A stretch of 64,000 nucleotides of DNA from Candidatus Poribacteria bacterium (GCA_965197475.1 CBDANF010000003.1:2816001-2880000), one strand, 5' to 3'. Positions 1 to 10,462 are shown, counted from the stretch's first letter. Made by a program: numbers and translations. Notes: a model not told the origin generated them from the letters alone.

Positions 1-715
1 CGAGTGCCAAGTGAGTTTCAAGGTGACGTGCAGGTCGGTGTTTCACGGGACAAAGATAGCGTTACAGAAGTGGTTTTTGGCTATTTCGTTGATAACGAAT
101 GCGAAGAAAAGTTTGTCAAGTCATCAACTTGCGCGCGATTTAGACTTGAATCAAAAGACAGCATGGTATATCATGACTCGTATCCGTGCTGAAATGGCAA
201 AGAAAGGTAACGTGCTACTACAAGGCATCATAGAGGCAGATGAAACTTACATCGGGGGTAAACCTCGTAAGCCTAATAAGAAGGAAGACCACGTGCCTGC
301 CAAGCGTGGACGTGGAACAGAGAAAGACGCTATTATCGGGGCAGTACAGCGGGGCGGGAAAGTTGTAGCACAACTCGCTAAAGATTTGACAGGACGGACT
401 ATTTTAGACTTTATCCGAAGAGTCGTCAAAGTTGAGGATTCGGAGTTGATGACCGATGAGTATAAGGCGTATCTCGCTATCGGCAAGGAGATGAAACACC
501 ATATCATAGATCATCAAACGCAATTTGTTGAGGGTGATGTCCACACAAACACAATTGAGGGGTTTTGGAGTCTACTCAAACGAGCTTGGTATGGAAGTCA
601 TCACCACTACTGGACTAAATATACGCCCCTGTATGTAGCAGAGGCGTGCTATAAATACAACTATAGGAGCATTGACAGTATCTTTGATAAGTTTGTTAAT
701 GAAAGTATGCGGTGA
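1..715 (+). CDS. IS1595 (ISXO2-like DDE) transposase, 5' part off-window
   Basis: Motifs IEADETYIGG, LMTDEYKAY and HTNTIEGFWSLLKR. One substitution (K/E) seen versus the copy at 42329-43211. Confidence 0.93.
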   Translation, partial: ECQVSFKVTCRSVFHGTKIALQKWFLAISLITNAKKSLSSHQLARDLDLNQKTAWYIMTRIRAEMAKKGNVLLQGIIEADETYIGGKPRKPNKKEDHVPAKRGRGTEKDAIIGAVQRGGKVVAQLAKDLTGRTILDFIRRVVKVEDSELMTDEYKAYLAIGKEMKHHIIDHQTQFVEGDVHTNTIEGFWSLLKRAWYGSHHHYWTKYTPLYVAEACYKYNYRSIDSIFDKFVNESMR

Positions 716-724
716 TGGACACAA

Positions 725-997
725 CTAAAGGTATGCCTTATCAATCTTGTTCTTTTTGTCATCAGGATTTGAGGGAAAATGCTGTGGAAGTTCAAAAGTT
801 GGCTTTCCATCTTTCAGAGCATCGATCATGTCAAGAGCAAATTCCAACCTCTCATTGTCCGTGTCAAAAGGTTTCTGAATCACTACGCGAAAATTTGTAT
901 CAAGTTTTACAAGGGCGAGTTCTACAAAACTCTCTGTATGTAAGGCTAAAAGTGAAAAATCAACAGGATCGGAAGGCGGCTTGAATATTACCCACAT
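725..997 (-). CDS. IS passenger hypothetical protein (90 aa)
   Basis: ORF with GGAG RBS upstream, identical in both IS copies. No recognised family. Confidence 0.6.
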   Translation of the reverse strand: MWVIFKPPSDPVDFSLLALHTESFVELALVKLDTNFRVVIQKPFDTDNERLEFALDMIDALKDGKPTFELPQHFPSNPDDKKNKIDKAYL

Positions 998-1053
998 GGG
1001 TTTAGTCTCCTTTGGGGTTAGAGGGGACAGAGTCCCCTCGTTGGTTGGAATTG

Positions 1054-1443
1054 CTAATACCCGTATGGAGAATCAGCAGCTGAAATTAAAATTATCCAAA
1101 GTCCCACCATAGTGCCAGTTCCAATAACACATCCTATTGTAGCATGTGTTATTTGGTCGTTTTTCACAAGTTTTTGATAAATGCTTGTGTAATAAGCAAC
1201 ATATTCTGGTGATTTTCCAAGCAATTTTTCTGGTAGTACCGTTGGTGTGACAACATACGCAATTAACATACCGGTAACACCAAGTAGACAACCAACAGTT
1301 CCCCATATTTGAGTGTTTGCAAGTGTTGCATCACGTCGTGCATCAAATATTGCTTGCGCAGCATCACTTGTTTGTTGTGCAAGTGTGAGATATGGCGTAG
1401 TGAATAACATCACAACCATTATAAACGACAAAGTTTTCATCAA
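1054..1443 (-). CDS. IS passenger secreted/membrane protein (129 aa)
   Basis: Signal-peptide-like N-terminus plus two hydrophobic helices. AAGGA RBS. Confidence 0.75.
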   Translation of the reverse strand: MMKTLSFIMVVMLFTTPYLTLAQQTSDAAQAIFDARRDATLANTQIWGTVGCLLGVTGMLIAYVVTPTVLPEKLLGKSPEYVAYYTSIYQKLVKNDQITHATIGCVIGTGTMVGLWIILISAADSPYGY

Positions 1444-1510
1444 TGTTCCTTTTGTGAGGTAAAATGTGTATGTAGGGGATCAAAAGACCCCCTACATGTT
1501 TGCAAGCGGA

Positions 1511-1642
1511 TTATTTACACCGCTTGTGAGGTTTGACAGTTTCTTTCACCGTTGTGGCGGGACGGCGTTTGTCCGTGCCTTTGGGAAGGAACCGTCCGTC
1601 TTTGGCATCGCGTACACGCGTGCCAGTGGCTTTTTTAGCCAT
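1511..1642 (-). CDS. IS passenger small basic protein (43 aa, MAKKATG...RDAKDGRF)
   Basis: ATG at 1642 with GAGGT RBS. Followed by a hairpin (TGTAGGGG...CCCCTACA, ~1471-1496). Confidence 0.6.
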   Translation of the reverse strand: MAKKATGTRVRDAKDGRFLPKGTDKRRPATTVKETVKPHKRCK

Positions 1643-1910
1643 AGTATACCTCACTTTGCTTGAGATAAATTGGTGCATAGCGTATTTCCAGTGCGTTATG
1701 CACTGTTCAAGCATATAAAATTGATACGTTAAACGGGTATCGTTCGTAGGTTCGTTTACACCTTTCTATGGGTGAGGGCAGGACACAACACAAGGAGTGT
1801 TGCGATAGAAATCCTGCCCAACGAACTTGAGAATAGTATAACATGGAAAGAATTTGAGTGTCAAGTGAAAAATTTGAGAAAAAATTTCAAGTCCAAAACT
1901 ACTCATTGCG

Positions 1911-2353
1911 AAAAGAAATGTCATACAGTGAAAAATAATTTGATTATCAATGAGACCTGCAAAGTTGTCCTATTGACACCCTCTTTTGAAGGAAGACACC
2001 ATGACAAACACATAGCCGATATGGTGGGCTATTGTGTGCCACAGGGTAGCACATTGTCCCAAGATACCGGTTTTCAGGGTTTCGTTCTCCCGGATATAAA
2101 CATCATTCAACCGAAGAAAAAACCGAGAGGTAGAGAACGGACGAATGAAGAAAAAGAAAACAATAGAAAGATAGCGTCTATACGCATACGCGTTGAACAT
2201 GCGATTAGTGGTGTCAAAAGATGCCGCATTGTCAAAGATAAACTCAGGAATTGGAAGAAAGGGTTTTGTGATTTAGTTATGGAAACCTGTTGTGGTTTAC
2301 ACAATTTTCGCCTAAACTTCAGACCCTGGCGTTATGAAACTCCTTCTATTTAA
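1911..2353 (+). pseudogene. C-terminal fragment of an IS5/ISL2-like (DDE_Tnp_4) transposase, cut by the IS1595 right end
   Basis: KKCHTVKN, GRHHDK, QDTGFQG and RIRVEHAISGVKR motifs begin immediately after the IS1595 TIR. Confidence 0.8.
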
Positions 2354-2602
2354 TTCATTATAATGTCTATTATAATGTCTAATGTATACATTATACTTCA
2401 AGTTTCAGAAAATGTAAAATTTTTCTAAAAAAATCACACAATTTTTAAATATTCCGCATTTTTCAAATTTTACTACAGTATGACAACTTCGGCACCTAAT
2501 GTCAAAATCTATTCATACCCTCTTTTTGAGGAATGGGTTCCCGACAAATGCCGTAAACCCATTCAACGTTGATTCACTACGTGCTTATTTTACTTCCGAA
2601 CA

Positions 2603-4153
2603 TTAATCTAAAAACAATTCTTCACCGTTTGCGGCAAAAATTCGATAGTCTTCAAGGTGAAGGTCTGCATCAGTCTCAAGCGTCAATTCCAGTTTCAGTG
2701 TCCGCTTAAGTTCACGCAATTTAGCAGACATCTGCGCGTTGACATGTGAGATGATGTGATCATTCGCGATAATTCGCAGTTTAGACTGCTGAGTATGGTT
2801 ATATGCTGTCTTGATTGCACGGAACAATCTAATCACAACGGTTTCAATTGACAGAATAGTCCCATGCCCTTCACAGTAAGGGCACTGCTCTGTAAGCAAA
2901 GTAGATAGGCTGGGACGGGTGCGTTGACGGGTCATCTCCACTAATCCTAAATCCGAAAAATGGAGAATATTGGTGCGCGCCTTGTCTTTTCGCAGTGCCT
3001 CCTGAAGTATTTTGAAAACCTGTTTCCGGTGAGATGGTTCGTCCATGTCAATGAAGTCAACAACGATAATTCCACCTAAGTCTCTCAATTGAATTTGTCG
3101 GACAACTTCATCAACAGCTTCAAGATTCGCGCTTAAAATAGTATTATCCGGATCAGATTTTCCGACGAATCGTCCTGTGTTGACATCAATCGAGACCATC
3201 GCTTCTGTTTGCTGGATGATGATGTGTCCACCACACTTGAGCCAAATTTTTTCGCTAAGTGCTCTTTGCAGTTCTTCCTCTACTCCATAAGCTTCAAAAA
3301 GAGCGGAGTCTTTTTTGTAAAGGGATATCCGATCCAGCATATTTGGCATTACAGAGGTTACATAATCAATTGTTTCTTTATAACCAGATTGCGAATCGAT
3401 CAGAAGTTTTTTAACATCTTTGGTAAGCATATCGCGAACAATCTGATTCGTGAAACTCACGTCTCTTCTAACCAAACTCGGTGCGGTTTTCCGTTTAGCA
3501 CGCTCGCGCGCTTGTTTCCACTGATTGATTAGATAGCGGATTTCAGCGGCAAATTCTTCCTCACTCAAACCTTCGGAGGCTGTCCGAATAATAAAACCCC
3601 CCTCAACGTCTGCTTTCAAGTTTTGTGCTAAGTCACGCAATCGGTCACGCTCGCTTTCAGATTCAAGCCGTCGCGAAACCCCGATCGTGGATGAGTTCGG
3701 CAGATAGACAACATAACGTCCTGGCAGTGTGATATTGCTCGTAACACGTGCGCCTTTATTGCCTATCGGCTCCTTCCCGACTTGCACAAGAAGTTCCTGA
3801 TTCTTTGAAATGAGATCAGTTATAAGATATGGAAATCCTCTGCCGCCACGCGACTTTTTTGACGGTGTTGCTTGCAAATCTAAAGTTGGTAACCCATCAT
3901 TCGATTTTCCGTTCTCAGTACCATTGTTATATTTCAGATCTGAGATGTGTAGAAAAGCATGTCGTTCTAAACCTATATCAACAAAAGCTACCTGCATACC
4001 TGGTAACACATTCTCAACACGTCCTTTATATAGGTTACCTAAGACAGGTTTTACCGCTTTTCGCTTAATGCGAATTTCATTTAGTATTCCTTTCTCAAGA
4101 ACTGCACAGCGCGTTTCGTACTCATCGTCAGAAATAAGTATCTCCTTTTCCAT
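2603..4153 (-). CDS. rng: Rne/Rng family ribonuclease (RNase G-like)
   Basis: S1 domain GNLYKGRVENVLPGMQVAFVDIG, plus SIDVNTG and LRDLGGIIVVDFIDM. Confidence 0.92.
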   Translation of the reverse strand: MEKEILISDDEYETRCAVLEKGILNEIRIKRKAVKPVLGNLYKGRVENVLPGMQVAFVDIGLERHAFLHISDLKYNNGTENGKSNDGLPTLDLQATPSKKSRGGRGFPYLITDLISKNQELLVQVGKEPIGNKGARVTSNITLPGRYVVYLPNSSTIGVSRRLESESERDRLRDLAQNLKADVEGGFIIRTASEGLSEEEFAAEIRYLINQWKQARERAKRKTAPSLVRRDVSFTNQIVRDMLTKDVKKLLIDSQSGYKETIDYVTSVMPNMLDRISLYKKDSALFEAYGVEEELQRALSEKIWLKCGGHIIIQQTEAMVSIDVNTGRFVGKSDPDNTILSANLEAVDEVVRQIQLRDLGGIIVVDFIDMDEPSHRKQVFKILQEALRKDKARTNILHFSDLGLVEMTRQRTRPSLSTLLTEQCPYCEGHGTILSIETVVIRLFRAIKTAYNHTQQSKLRIIANDHIISHVNAQMSAKLRELKRTLKLELTLETDADLHLEDYRIFAANGEELFLD

Positions 4154-4408
4154 TATTAGCGTTTCCTCCTATCATGCCTTTTTTTGAAAAGACATCTCGG
4201 TTAGTTAATTCGTTCATCTCAAAAAGCGGCAGCTTTGAAAAAGAATGATTCCGCGGGTTCAATTTCAGTGAAATGGTGGATTTAGAACGTATTGAATCCT
4301 CAAGGCGGGAGCATCGTTGCGTATTATGAAAGAGAGCAATATAATTTTCCATAGTCTTTCTCTTCCTAAAAAAGTCAATTTCAGGTGGGTGTCCTTGTGT
4401 TTAGATGA

Positions 4409-5983
4409 CTACCCGTTCCGCGGTGTCAACGTCACAACAGGTAATATCAGTTCTCCCATCGAAATGCCACCATGTTGGAAACCGCCCTGAAACTGCCGCT
4501 TGTATTTGTAAAATTCGTTTGGATAGACGAAATAATAATCGTCTTTAGCGAGAATATAATCCTTGCTGGTGGTCTCGGCGGGTAACCGATATTCCTGCGG
4601 GTTAGGAATGTACACAGCTTGGTTATCATCGCATTGTAAATTGTTCCCAATTTTAAATCGGAGGCTTGTGGTAGTATCTCGATTGCCATAAGCGCGAGTT
4701 GCGCGGTTACAGAATTCTGAACCGTGGTCTGTAGTGAGCACAACGTGTACTCCGTGGTCCGCTATCAGGCGTAAGATATCAAACAGTGCCGAATGTGCGA
4801 ACCAGGAGCGAGCTAATGCTCGAAAAGCTGGTTCGTCCGGTGCGAGTTGTTGCAATACTTCGGATTGTGAACGCTGATGCGTTAAGATATCAATGAAGTT
4901 TACAACTAATGCAGATAAATTCACTCGTGTGGCTGCGGCGACACGCTTTTTATATTCACTTCCTCCGCGTAGATCAAAAATCTTGAAATATTGGACTCCA
5001 GGTTTGATCCTGATTCCCTTTCTTTTTAAGTACTCTTCAAGTAGTTGTCGTTCAAACTGGTTTGTACTGGTGCCCCCATCCGATTTTTCCTGCCAATATT
5101 GTGGATAGTCTTTTGCCAATTCTGCTGGAAACAACCCGCTAAATAGTGCGTTCCGAGAGTACATCGTTGCACTTGGCAAAATAGAAAAACTATACTTTAG
5201 ATCGATAGAGAAATATGGGTACAACAGTGGCTCTATCGCCATCCAATGGTCAAGCCGAAAACAGTCTACGACAATAAAGTAGATTGGAATTTTCGCTTGC
5301 AGTAGCGGCATCACATGCTGGTCTAATACGTCAACTGACAATGGAGGTCTGTCTTGACTTCCGTTTACCCAATTGGGATAATTTTCCGCCACAAAATTGG
5401 AAAATTCAGTATTGCACTCCTTTTTCTGCTCTAAGTGCGTCTCTTCTAAGCCCTGTTTTGCCAATTGATCAGATAGCAGATCCCATTCCAGTAATTTGAC
5501 GTAAATATCAATCCAATCTTGCCAGTTCGGTTTTGATGCTTTCAGTGTGCTAATCGTATTAAAGTCATTGGTGTAGCGACTCGGTATTTGGGTTTCCACT
5601 ATCTGTCGTTGTTCAAGTATCCGTTTAAGGGTAGAAGCGATCTGTGCGACACCAATTGGCTTTACCAAAAAATCTGTCACCTGTTTTCCAAGGGCGACAT
5701 CAACAAATTTATCATCACTAGACTGTGTCACAAGAATGACAGGGATTTGCGCGTTAATAGTTCGAATTGCATCTAAGGTTGCCATGCCATCTTTTCCGGG
5801 CATAACTTGGTCAAGCAGGATAGCATCGTATTGCGTATCGTTTTGCTTTAGGAGCTCAATCCCGTCTTCACCGTTAGTGGCAGGCATGACATCATATCCG
5901 CGGGTTTCAAGGAAACGTCTATGGGGCAGCAATGCCTCTATTTCATCGTCTATCCATAGGATTTTATGTAATTTTTGTGGCAT
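4409..5983 (-). CDS. PorX-like response regulator with C-terminal PglZ/alkaline-phosphatase domain
   Basis: Receiver motifs ILWIDDE and LLDQVMPGKDG. PglZ-type motifs VVDCFRLD, LPSATMYSRNALFSG, TTDHGS and FQHGGISMGE. Start MPQK at 5983. Confidence 0.88.
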   Translation of the reverse strand: MPQKLHKILWIDDEIEALLPHRRFLETRGYDVMPATNGEDGIELLKQNDTQYDAILLDQVMPGKDGMATLDAIRTINAQIPVILVTQSSDDKFVDVALGKQVTDFLVKPIGVAQIASTLKRILEQRQIVETQIPSRYTNDFNTISTLKASKPNWQDWIDIYVKLLEWDLLSDQLAKQGLEETHLEQKKECNTEFSNFVAENYPNWVNGSQDRPPLSVDVLDQHVMPLLQAKIPIYFIVVDCFRLDHWMAIEPLLYPYFSIDLKYSFSILPSATMYSRNALFSGLFPAELAKDYPQYWQEKSDGGTSTNQFERQLLEEYLKRKGIRIKPGVQYFKIFDLRGGSEYKKRVAAATRVNLSALVVNFIDILTHQRSQSEVLQQLAPDEPAFRALARSWFAHSALFDILRLIADHGVHVVLTTDHGSEFCNRATRAYGNRDTTTSLRFKIGNNLQCDDNQAVYIPNPQEYRLPAETTSKDYILAKDDYYFVYPNEFYKYKRQFQGGFQHGGISMGELILPVVTLTPRNG

Positions 5984-6003
5984 ATTGTTTCCTTGAAAAT
6001 ACG

Positions 6004-7488
6004 TTAAGAGACAGTACACGGTAATCGAATTTCAAAAGTTGTCCCAGCAGGACTGCTTTCAACTAACCGAATGCTTCCGTGATGATAATCCCTAATAATT
6101 CGTTGGACAATTGTCAATCCAAGTCCCCATCCGTGCGTTTTTGTCGTCATTCCCGGTTCAAATATTGCGCGTTGATTTTCGCTGGGGATGCCGCTGCCGT
6201 TATCTGAGTATCGGATTACAACATGTTTTTGGCGGTCATCATAGAGTGGCTCAATTTCGATATGTCCTACTTCTTTATGCATGGCATCCAGCGAATTGCG
6301 AATTAAGTTTTCAAAAACCCATTGTAGCAGATGTGCATTCGCAGAAATTTCGGGTACATCATGAGGCGTAACGCTTATATCAACGCTACGACTAATCTGA
6401 GGCAGCCTCGTTTCAAAATATGTAAGGACCTCCGCAAGTACCTCTTCAAGTTTGGTCTCGGTTCTGGTTGGCTCCGTTCCGATCATTCCAAACCGAGTGG
6501 TTGTTTTCTGTAGTCGTTCAAGATCACCCTGCATATTTGTTGAGAGTTCAGCCAGGATTTTATCCCGTGTTTCCTGACTCCGTTCATCTAATAACTCGGT
6601 CCATGCTAACAAAGCAGAAATAGGAGTGCCGAGTTGATGCGCTGTTTCTTTTGCTAATCCTCCCCAAATCGCCGCATGTTCATAAGATTTTATCCACCGA
6701 TAGATCAGAATAGAACCAAACCCGAAGAGTGACAAAACAGTACACAACACAATAGGTGTCACTAATAACCCGTAAAACGATTTTATTTCGTAATAAAAGT
6801 AACCCTCTTGCCAATCAGGTGTTGTTTGAAGGGCAGCGAAAGCTGGCGTATTTTGAACGAAGATTTTTGCGCGTTCTTTTTCCGCCGGTGTCGCATTCTC
6901 AGCAGTAATAACATCGTTCCACATCTGCCATTTTTGTGGTACTCTTTCAGTATCAGTTATTGCAAAAGGAAGTTGTGCCATTTCACTTGGTGCCGCATCC
7001 CCGTAATAGAAATATCCGGCAATCTGTCTATCTTCTTGCAGAAAAGGTATTTTTCGCGGCTGATTCTTGCTTTTCATCCGCGCTAACGTCGACATTAAAA
7101 GTGTTTGCTCCTCTTTTGTTAACGAAACGGTGTCATATTCGTTGACTTTCTCATCTAATTTTGTGTCGATTCCTTGCGAAATTTCAACGTTTCCCTCAGC
7201 ATCAGTTATAATAAATGAAAATCGACGCGACCTATTTTCAGCATAAAGTTCCTGCCGCATCACCGTAAGCAGCCGTTCTTGCAGTGCACGGTCTTCAATG
7301 CTTGGCAATTCAGCGGCGAGGTTTACAAATATTTCTATCTGGTCCTCTATATCAGCATTCAAATGAGAAATTTGGCGCGTATAATACGCAAACACAAAAA
7401 TCAATATGCATACGCCGACACCGAAATAGATGAGCATTAACCGACCAGTTGGATAAGTAGAAGTAATACTACGGCTCCACCTCAACAT
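6004..7488 (-). CDS. Membrane sensor histidine kinase
   Basis: H-box ETAHQLGTPIS, N-box ENLIRNSLDA, G-boxes DNGSGI and GWGLGL. Two TM segments. Confidence 0.92.
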   Translation of the reverse strand: MLRWSRSITSTYPTGRLMLIYFGVGVCILIFVFAYYTRQISHLNADIEDQIEIFVNLAAELPSIEDRALQERLLTVMRQELYAENRSRRFSFIITDAEGNVEISQGIDTKLDEKVNEYDTVSLTKEEQTLLMSTLARMKSKNQPRKIPFLQEDRQIAGYFYYGDAAPSEMAQLPFAITDTERVPQKWQMWNDVITAENATPAEKERAKIFVQNTPAFAALQTTPDWQEGYFYYEIKSFYGLLVTPIVLCTVLSLFGFGSILIYRWIKSYEHAAIWGGLAKETAHQLGTPISALLAWTELLDERSQETRDKILAELSTNMQGDLERLQKTTTRFGMIGTEPTRTETKLEEVLAEVLTYFETRLPQISRSVDISVTPHDVPEISANAHLLQWVFENLIRNSLDAMHKEVGHIEIEPLYDDRQKHVVIRYSDNGSGIPSENQRAIFEPGMTTKTHGWGLGLTIVQRIIRDYHHGSIRLVESSPAGTTFEIRLPCTVS

Positions 7489-7723
7489 AACGACCTCTGG
7501 GCAAATTTTTTTGCTTCAACATATCGGCATATTAATATTATATCCTAAATGATTTGATATTTCAAGTAAGTTTGCGTATTTGGTTTCTGTTGTTGGTTAA
7601 AGCAATCAACACCGAGTGCGCGCATCGCATTCGGTGTGTAATTGGATAATGTGCGGTTTTTTATTATCTGAACGACTGAACTTTGAGTGCATGCATGGCC
7701 CTCAACGCTATTTCGGGATGGTG

Positions 7724-7981
7724 CTAATACACGCTGCTACGGTGTCCAACTCGATGAACAACTATTTCTTGCATCCGCTTATCAAACGTATAGAGGATTC
7801 GGTAATCCTTAGCCACCTTTAAACTGAATTTTCCGCTATGTGGACCTTTCAGTCCCTTATGTGGATAATCATCGCAAATTTGGCATAATCGTTCCAGTTT
7901 GTTGAGTATACGTGCGTGGATTGGCGTGCTCAAACGCCGTAAATCTGATTCAGCGCGTGGTTTTATTACTAATCTGTACAT
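7724..7981 (-). CDS. RelE/ParE family toxin
   Basis: 85 aa. MYRLVIKPRAESDLRRL...DYRILY...VHRVGHRSSVY. Confidence 0.85.
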   Translation of the reverse strand: MYRLVIKPRAESDLRRLSTPIHARILNKLERLCQICDDYPHKGLKGPHSGKFSLKVAKDYRILYTFDKRMQEIVVHRVGHRSSVY

Positions 7982-8721
7982 TTCAACGCAACCCTGAGAT
8001 CCTTTGCCACCTCCTCAAGTGATCTGCCCTTAACTTTTCCAGATTCATAATCAGCGATGCTGCGATTCAGTTGTTCAGCAACTTCAGGACATATCTCAAG
8101 GCCTTCGTCGGGATCGCACTCATAATCCTCCAAGAACTGTTCCAATTCCAAATGGCACACGAAAAATTCATAAAACGCTGATTGCAACTGTACATGATTT
8201 ACAGGCGATGAGGGTTCCTGCGTTAACGTAACCACTTGCTCGCGCGCGGCAAATAGTTCTGAGTTCACGAGTGTCTCCGTTAGTGCGCGGAATTCGTTAT
8301 CAGATAAATCTGCTACCTTTATCGGAGGTAGATCATTATCAGGAATCCCTCCGAGTCTTCGTGTCATCCGTTCCATAGGAGAGGTTTTCCGCTCAGATTC
8401 AACGGCTGCTACGCGCTGTTTCAGATGTGCAAACTCTTCAGATACTTCCAAAACCGTAAGCACACATGCTTCCTGCACATCCAACTCAAATGCCAGATCA
8501 TAGGAATAGGATTCAAAAAATTCTCGGAAACCTTCTGCCAGCGTTTCACGGGCAGCGTTCTGTGCAAGCAAGGCTGCAAGCTTATCGCGATCTGCAAATA
8601 GTGGTTCATTCACTATTGAATTGAACCATTCTCGGAATTGCGTGGGAGTCATGTCTGTCAGAGGTAATTTCGTTTTGTTTGAGTTCATTGACATTTCCTC
8701 TATGGAACGATTTTCCTTCAC
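7969..8721 (-). CDS. Putative antitoxin with duplicated N-terminal helical module
   Basis: Overlaps the toxin start. Acidic C-terminal DPDEGLE...SLEEVAKDL antitoxin-like tail. Confidence 0.6.
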   Translation of the reverse strand: MKENRSIEEMSMNSNKTKLPLTDMTPTQFREWFNSIVNEPLFADRDKLAALLAQNAARETLAEGFREFFESYSYDLAFELDVQEACVLTVLEVSEEFAHLKQRVAAVESERKTSPMERMTRRLGGIPDNDLPPIKVADLSDNEFRALTETLVNSELFAAREQVVTLTQEPSSPVNHVQLQSAFYEFFVCHLELEQFLEDYECDPDEGLEICPEVAEQLNRSIADYESGKVKGRSLEEVAKDLRVALKCTD

Positions 8722-8743
8722 ATATGGTAGTCCAGTCTAAAAT

Positions 8744-9580
8744 CTACTCATCTATCTCTAGATGGATTCCCATCAAGGCATCTTCCGCTGTTGATTCTTT
8801 ACGATCACCATATTCATCTAACAAACATTCAACAATTATACTTTTGCCTTGTAGATACGCAAACAGTAACATCTGAACTGTAAGTAGGATAATACGAGTG
8901 CTCGTATCAATGAACTCAAGATGTTGTTGTTCAGAGATTAATAATTCAGTTTTTCCTGCACCCCACTCATCAGGAATTGGCATTATTGCATTTCCATGTG
9001 CAAGTGCATTGCGACTACGCCGTACAATATCCAATCCTAAACCATGCGAATTAGCATGGTCATTAAAGTGAACTTTTTTATGTTTATTGGTTTTTTGGGA
9101 TTTGTTTACTTTCTTGCGATTATCATTGTAAAATCCATACTTTGGTTCCAGATTACGTAAGTTCTGCATTTCATCATTATAGAAAGCAACGGATTCTTCA
9201 GAACCGTAGTTTTGTTTCAAGAACCAGAGGGTCCTCATTACTGGACTATCACCCACTTGTTTTAGATGTTTCGGAAGACTTGGTAGATTAAGTGCTTCGA
9301 CTACCGATTCAAAACTACCCCAGACGAAGTTAAAAATCGTAAGTCTTGTAGTTAAATAAGATAATAGTTCGCTGCGCTTCTCTTCAAATTCAAAGGCACC
9401 ACTACAATACATTACACTATCATCATGCTTTGTAGTTGAAACCTTAACACTTTCGACACCGGCAGCGATATTAAGCCAATCGATCGCCAATATAAATCCG
9501 AACGGATCCAATTGACCAAGAAGTTCACGTAGTCTAAAACAGTGTTTTTGTAGATCAATTATTACTTGATTGTTTTTCAT
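8744..9580 (-). CDS. Hypothetical protein, possible HEPN (RxxxxH) domain
   Basis: RSRNALAHG motif. AT-rich coding sequence. Confidence 0.55.
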   Translation of the reverse strand: MKNNQVIIDLQKHCFRLRELLGQLDPFGFILAIDWLNIAAGVESVKVSTTKHDDSVMYCSGAFEFEEKRSELLSYLTTRLTIFNFVWGSFESVVEALNLPSLPKHLKQVGDSPVMRTLWFLKQNYGSEESVAFYNDEMQNLRNLEPKYGFYNDNRKKVNKSQKTNKHKKVHFNDHANSHGLGLDIVRRSRNALAHGNAIMPIPDEWGAGKTELLISEQQHLEFIDTSTRIILLTVQMLLFAYLQGKSIIVECLLDEYGDRKESTAEDALMGIHLEIDE

Positions 9581-9613
9581 TTTGCCTCTAAGTAACCTTT
9601 TGTATAAAAGGGG

Positions 9614-9904
9614 TTATTCTTCACCACGTATAGCCTTTCCTAATTCCCGAACTCTATCAAGCACAAATTTCCATAAGATTTGAGGAAATTTTGGTATGAA
9701 AAATACTATTGTCAAAAGTGCCGCTGGAATTGCAAAAGCAAAAGCTCCACCCTCGCTTACTCCATTTTCATAAGCGAGGCGTCCAGTAACGAAAAAGACT
9801 CCTACAGCTACTATAATTGAGGTAATAAATCGTATTTTACCAAACTTTATAGACACTTCATACATCCTCGTGGCATGGATTGGACGAATTTCCTTATTCA
9901 ACAA
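9614..9904 (-). CDS. Small two-TM membrane protein
   Basis: ORF with two hydrophobic segments. Start uncertain. Confidence 0.5.
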   Translation of the reverse strand: MLNKEIRPIHATRMYEVSIKFGKIRFITSIIVAVGVFFVTGRLAYENGVSEGGAFAFAIPAALLTIVFFIPKFPQILWKFVLDRVRELGKAIRGEE

Positions 9905-10093
9905 TTATTATGTCGTAGTAAGATTTTCTGCTACATGTGCCGATGTGTTTTGTCCCTCTAACGCATCCGAATAGGTTTCAGGTTCTATCGGTTGGATTGA
10001 TAGTTGATATCCAAGCACTTTAAGAACAATTCCAACAACGTCAATTAGGTTTATCTTCGTTGGATAGTACTTTTGTATCCAATAATGCGTGAA

Positions 10094-10330
10094 TCATCCG
10101 TATTTTTTTAAACGCTCCTCTTCAACAATCTTTTTGCATTCTTCGTCAGTAGGCGGCGGGGCATCTGTTTTCAAAATAGCGACAACCTCATCAAGTGACA
10201 TAGTTTGAGCTGGTTTAAGAGTGAGCGCGGGGACCACGGTTTCTAAAATTCGACGAGCGAGGTCAATGCACATTTCCGTATTCCAAGTTCGCACACGATC
10301 AAGCACTTCAAACATCTCTTTAGAATTCAT
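10094..10330 (-). CDS. Hypothetical protein (antitoxin-like, PPPTDEE...EERLKKYG)
   Basis: 78-aa ORF with AGGTG RBS. Confidence 0.6.
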   Translation of the reverse strand: MNSKEMFEVLDRVRTWNTEMCIDLARRILETVVPALTLKPAQTMSLDEVVAILKTDAPPPTDEECKKIVEEERLKKYG

Positions 10331-10462
10331 AGTCTAATCACCTTACGATCATCGGGTATATAAAAAGGCGATTGCTTGTCCAAAACAATTGGACATGAGA
10401 AGCAATCGCCCAGTCTGCGTTCATAACGTTATTGCGAAACCTATAGGAGTTACGCTAAAACC

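Larger units (their letters stand above)
1..1910 (+). mobile_element. IS1595-family element with passenger genes, copy 1 (left part outside window)
   Basis: Near-identical to 42497-44530 (offset 42496, then 42620). Ends in the TIR TCAAGTCCAAAACTACTCATTGCG at 1887-1910. Confidence 0.92.

Noticed and set aside
1772-2353. 193-aa ORF as a real gene
   Set aside because: It is a chimera of the IS1595 right end read into an IS5/ISL2 transposase fragment. The same start in copy 2 (44392) continues into unrelated sequence.
2360-2381. Short direct repeat TATAATGTCTA
   Set aside because: An 11-bp duplication at an IS-fragment end, too short to interpret.
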